64,000 nucleotides of DNA from Spirochaetota bacterium (lineage in GTDB: Bacteria > Spirochaetota > UBA4802 > UBA5550): positions 1,664,001-1,728,000 of the forward strand of contig OY760686.1 of the NCBI GenBank assembly GCA_963663865.1. Direction: 5' to 3'. Of the stretch, positions 60,909-64,000 are shown piece after piece. A program made the position numbers and the translations under genes. The notes below the pieces were generated by a model. It saw nothing but the letters and a program-made list of their open reading frames with translations. It was not told where the DNA came from and ran no database searches. Position 1 is the stretch's first letter. The number at the start of each line of letters is the position of its first letter.

Positions 60909-61462
60909 AGCTCTTCCAGTGCCTTTGATATGGTAGACGTCATGTGAGCTTCAATTTTCTTTTCGAGCGCCATGACAAAATCCCTGTTTTCAAGTATTCT
61001 TGTTCTCGCCTCAGAGTTGATTCCGTAACGTTGAAGCAGGTCTTCAATTCGCTCTTCGATTGAGACTATTTTATCGTGTTTCACTCTCTTGTCCGCGTAG
61101 TGGACAATTTCGCATTCTTCGAGCGGGCCTGCGGAGTCGAACCGTTCCATTCTGACATGAGTGGCGCAGATGAGGGCTGCTGAGTGCAGTCCCATTTTGT
61201 TGAGCATGTCGGCACCCATCAGGTCGTGTCCGTGCAGCCCTTCCCTGATAGATTTTGTCTTTGCTATGTCGTGAAGAAGCGCACCCGCGGCAACGAGATT
61301 CATGTTAATAGAAGAGGGCTCCTTAAGCCGGGAGGCTATCGCTATCGAAACATTCTTTACCTGAATTGAATGCTTGATGATGTTAGGAAGCATATGATTG
61401 GCTTTCATTATCTCAAGGCATTCGCTTTCGTCCGGGATTTTTTGCGTGAATTTTATGTCCAT
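60890..61462 (-). CDS. HD-domain (HDIG) phosphohydrolase
   Basis: HS..V, ALLHDIAK, H...GA and YADKRV motifs. Confidence 0.85.
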   Translation of the reverse strand: MDIKFTQKIPDESECLEIMKANHMLPNIIKHSIQVKNVSIAIASRLKEPSSINMNLVAAGALLHDIAKTKSIREGLHGHDLMGADMLNKMGLHSAALICATHVRMERFDSAGPLEECEIVHYADKRVKHDKIVSIEERIEDLLQRYGINSEARTRILENRDFVMALEKKIEAHMTSTISKALEELCENAI

Positions 61463-61782
61463 GTAGTGTGCGGTTTCCCTGTTATGACGAATTTAGTGAC
61501 AGCGAAGTCACTGCAATTTCAATAGAGCTTTATTGTTTAACTCTAAATTAGTATCCGGCATCAATCCGGACAGTTGCTTCAATCAGGTTCATTAAAGGGG
61601 GCATATCAATCAAGTAAAATTTGACTGTCAGGTTCTTCAGGACATTCTGAAAGGCATTGTGGACGGCCTTTCTCAGCTAACGACGTTTTTAGATTGACTC
61701 AGACTTATGCATCATGTCAATTATTATGAGCAGGATCAATTATTACGGCCGCAAATACTGTTTCAGTCACGGAGGATTTACA

Positions 61783-62079
61783 ATGAAACTTAACGTAAAG
61801 TGGTTTTCCATTACAGGGTTGATAATGGGAGGCGGCATCGGGCTTATACTTTTTATCTGGTGTTCCGCAAACGGTTTCGGTCTTCAGCTTGTTCAGCTTT
61901 TTGAATCAATCCATCCAAGCGGCGGGCTGTCCATAGTGGCAAATATCAGCGGTTCATTTGTATCAAAAATTCCGGGAATTATTGTCAATACTGTTTATGC
62001 CTCAGTAGATTCTTTTATTATTACTTTCTGCTACTCAGGGCTTTATAACCTCCTGATATCCAGGGCATCTAAAAAATAG
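61783..62079 (+). CDS. Small membrane protein
   Basis: GGAGG RBS before the ATG at 61783; two hydrophobic segments. Confidence 0.55.
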   Translation: MKLNVKWFSITGLIMGGGIGLILFIWCSANGFGLQLVQLFESIHPSGGLSIVANISGSFVSKIPGIIVNTVYASVDSFIITFCYSGLYNLLISRASKK

Positions 62080-62086
62080 GCTTATC

Positions 62087-64000
62087 ATGGCTGAAAAAAA
62101 GAAAATCAGAAAGGTCCGTTTCGGGTTAAGGCTCAAGGTATCAATTGTCATTATAGCCTCAATTACCCTTTCATCAGCGCTTCTGGGAATTGCAGTGTAC
62201 AACCAGTACAACAGAAAAATCAAGCAGACTATGATATCCTTCAGCGGAACAATTCTCGGCGGGGCCTACGATGATATGTACTCGTATCTGAAATACAAAA
62301 GGGCGGTCGACACAGGTGATAGAGGCTCCAGACGCGGGTATAGACCAGGGCCGGGAGTCTATAATGCCCTGAAAAAACACAGAGAATCAATTGAAGCCTA
62401 TTTTAATTCAGTACTTAAGCGCGAACCTATGCTTGATATAGCATTTCTTATTGATGTTAACTGGGATAATATCGACTTTCAGTGGGACAGGACTTCCAAC
62501 GCGCATTACAGCTATTTCAGGAGGGCTGACGGAAATCTTGAGTCATATCCTCTTTACAGCCGGGACGGAAAGCCGCTTCCCGGCACATACGGCCGGGACG
62601 ATGCTCAGCTCAAGCCGACGGTGCTTAAGCACTTTATGAATAATATTCAGCTTTCACCGTATATGGCTTTCAGCGAAGGAAGAAAGGAGGGGGAAGAGGA
62701 GTTCGTTGTTGTAGCCGTTCCGATAATGAAAACCGGGGGTTCCGAACAGCTTTACCGCGATTACGCAGACTACATTAGGGAAAAGCCGGCAACTGAGAAG
62801 GAGTTTGCGAAAAGGGCAATTACTGGAGCGTCTTTCAAGTCGGCCTTTATGAGAGAGCTCATTGGTTCCGGCATATATCCCGATTACGAGATTAAGTTTG
62901 ATAAGGAAGCCGATGTAAACTACCTTGCCCGCTATATCTATTCAATGCTTGAGGGGTGGAGGCTGCCTTATTCGGGAAGACGTCCCTTTCTTGAGGATCT
63001 TTCTGCTATTCTTAAAACCTACAGAGGAAATGATGATATTCTCAGCTTTAGTGAGCTTTCGAGCGCTGCAGAGGCCGTATCCAGGCGCTACGGGCTGAAG
63101 CCGCTTGACCGGGAGAAAGCCCCCGCCGCGTGGCTGGGCTTTTACAGGTTTGTTGAAAGAAAGGGCTTTGAGATAAATCCCCTTGTACCGCTTGACAGAC
63201 TGAGTGTTCTATCTTTTAGAAAGGATCTTGCCGGAATAGCGGGAGTGTTTATTTCCAGGAGCGAATATCACCGGGAGATGAAGGAGAACCGCGATGAACT
63301 TATTAACCTGATAATCAGCATACTTCTCAGGGTTACTGTAATATCGCTGCTTTTCCCGGGTTTCATAATCAGGTCGGTTGAAATTTTGGGAGACGGGGCT
63401 TATCAGATAGGCCGTGGAAATCTCTCGCAGAGAATTATGCTTAACGGCAGCGACGAGCTTTGCCGGCTTTCGGACATATTTAACATGATGGCTTCGAACC
63501 TGCAGAAGGCCCAGTCGGAGATGCTTGAAAAAAAACGCATGGCCGATGAACTTAAGACAGCTGAAGAAATCCAGTCTGCCCTGCTGCCGGGCTCTCTTCC
63601 GGAAAGCGCATCTGCCGAATTCGGAGCGTATTACTCCGCGCAGAGTGAAGCGGGCGGTGATTACTACGATGTGATTGAGCTCGATGACGGAAGGTACGCG
63701 ATATGCATTGCCGACGTGAGCGGACATGGTGTGGCATCGGGCCTTGTAATGGCTATGACAAGAACCCTTTTGCATATCTACTGCGGCAAAACAGGCAGTA
63801 CAAAAAAGGTGCTTGAGCAGATAAATACCTATTTGAAAGAAAATACCGCTTCAAATTACTTTGTGACAATGTTTTACGGGATATTCAGCCCGGAAACCGG
63901 AAAGCTGACGTACACAAGCGCCGGGCACTGTGAGGGAATAATACTGCGAGAAGGAAAGGTGCGGACACTTCCGGGAGGCGGCATAGCTCTCGGAGCTGCC
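62087..64000 (+). CDS. Membrane sensor HAMP-SpoIIE phosphatase (runs off the window end; absent from the ORF track)
   Basis: ATG at 62087 with a TM segment; later in the same frame HAMP (G.DEL..L...FN.M), GGDYYD, IADVSGHG and SAGH. Confidence 0.85.
   Translation, partial: MAEKKKIRKVRFGLRLKVSIVIIASITLSSALLGIAVYNQYNRKIKQTMISFSGTILGGAYDDMYSYLKYKRAVDTGDRGSRRGYRPGPGVYNALKKHRESIEAYFNSVLKREPMLDIAFLIDVNWDNIDFQWDRTSNAHYSYFRRADGNLESYPLYSRDGKPLPGTYGRDDAQLKPTVLKHFMNNIQLSPYMAFSEGRKEGEEEFVVVAVPIMKTGGSEQLYRDYADYIREKPATEKEFAKRAITGASFKSAFMRELIGSGIYPDYEIKFDKEADVNYLARYIYSMLEGWRLPYSGRRPFLEDLSAILKTYRGNDDILSFSELSSAAEAVSRRYGLKPLDREKAPAAWLGFYRFVERKGFEINPLVPLDRLSVLSFRKDLAGIAGVFISRSEYHREMKENRDELINLIISILLRVTVISLLFPGFIIRSVEILGDGAYQIGRGNLSQRIMLNGSDELCRLSDIFNMMASNLQKAQSEMLEKKRMADELKTAEEIQSALLPGSLPESASAEFGAYYSAQSEAGGDYYDVIELDDGRYAICIADVSGHGVASGLVMAMTRTLLHIYCGKTGSTKKVLEQINTYLKENTASNYFVTMFYGIFSPETGKLTYTSAGHCEGIILREGKVRTLPGGGIALGAA

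Noticed and set aside
42911-63775. Long antisense ORFs (e.g. 42911-43597, 59794-60387, 63209-63775)
   Set aside because: They are shadows of well-supported genes on the opposite strand.
1-64000. Genome-wide TAG reassignment
   Set aside because: Conserved genes such as glnS, thiM and thiE end at TAG at the expected length.

Overview
Bacterial chromosome segment, probably from an anaerobic spirochaete-like organism (inferred from lipoprotein style, a DUF1577/PilZ-like gene and the RHS architecture). Two housekeeping arms flank a ~20 kb accessory region. The left arm (1-17970) holds glnS, thiL, gltX, a TPP riboswitch with thi4-thiE, a sirtuin, mutL and split coaC/coaB. The right arm (38548-64000) holds a selenouridine operon, thiM-thiE, an rlmD-like gene, rnr, pgi, citrate synthase, slyD, a radical SAM gene and SpoIIE phosphatases. 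The accessory region (about 18000-38500, cargo genes visibly AT-richer) carries: (i) a restriction-modification-like module with a half-methyltransferase, an NPPY methyltransferase, an inserted Fic gene and a nuclease-helicase; (ii) cargo blocks (gpx-ohrR, HTH-hydrolase, DUF4160/DUF2442 TA, C10 peptidase, decayed RHS toxin-immunity, RelE/XRE TA), most of them separated by four co-oriented copies of a modular, hairpin-rich non-coding repeat. The most striking unexplained signal is in that repeat: 14 short hairpins all show GGA in the loop on the minus strand (CsrA/RsmA-site geometry), and their stems are kept by compensatory changes. No integrase, transposase, cas gene, tRNA or rRNA was recognised. 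All calls come from reading motifs by eye; no searches were run.
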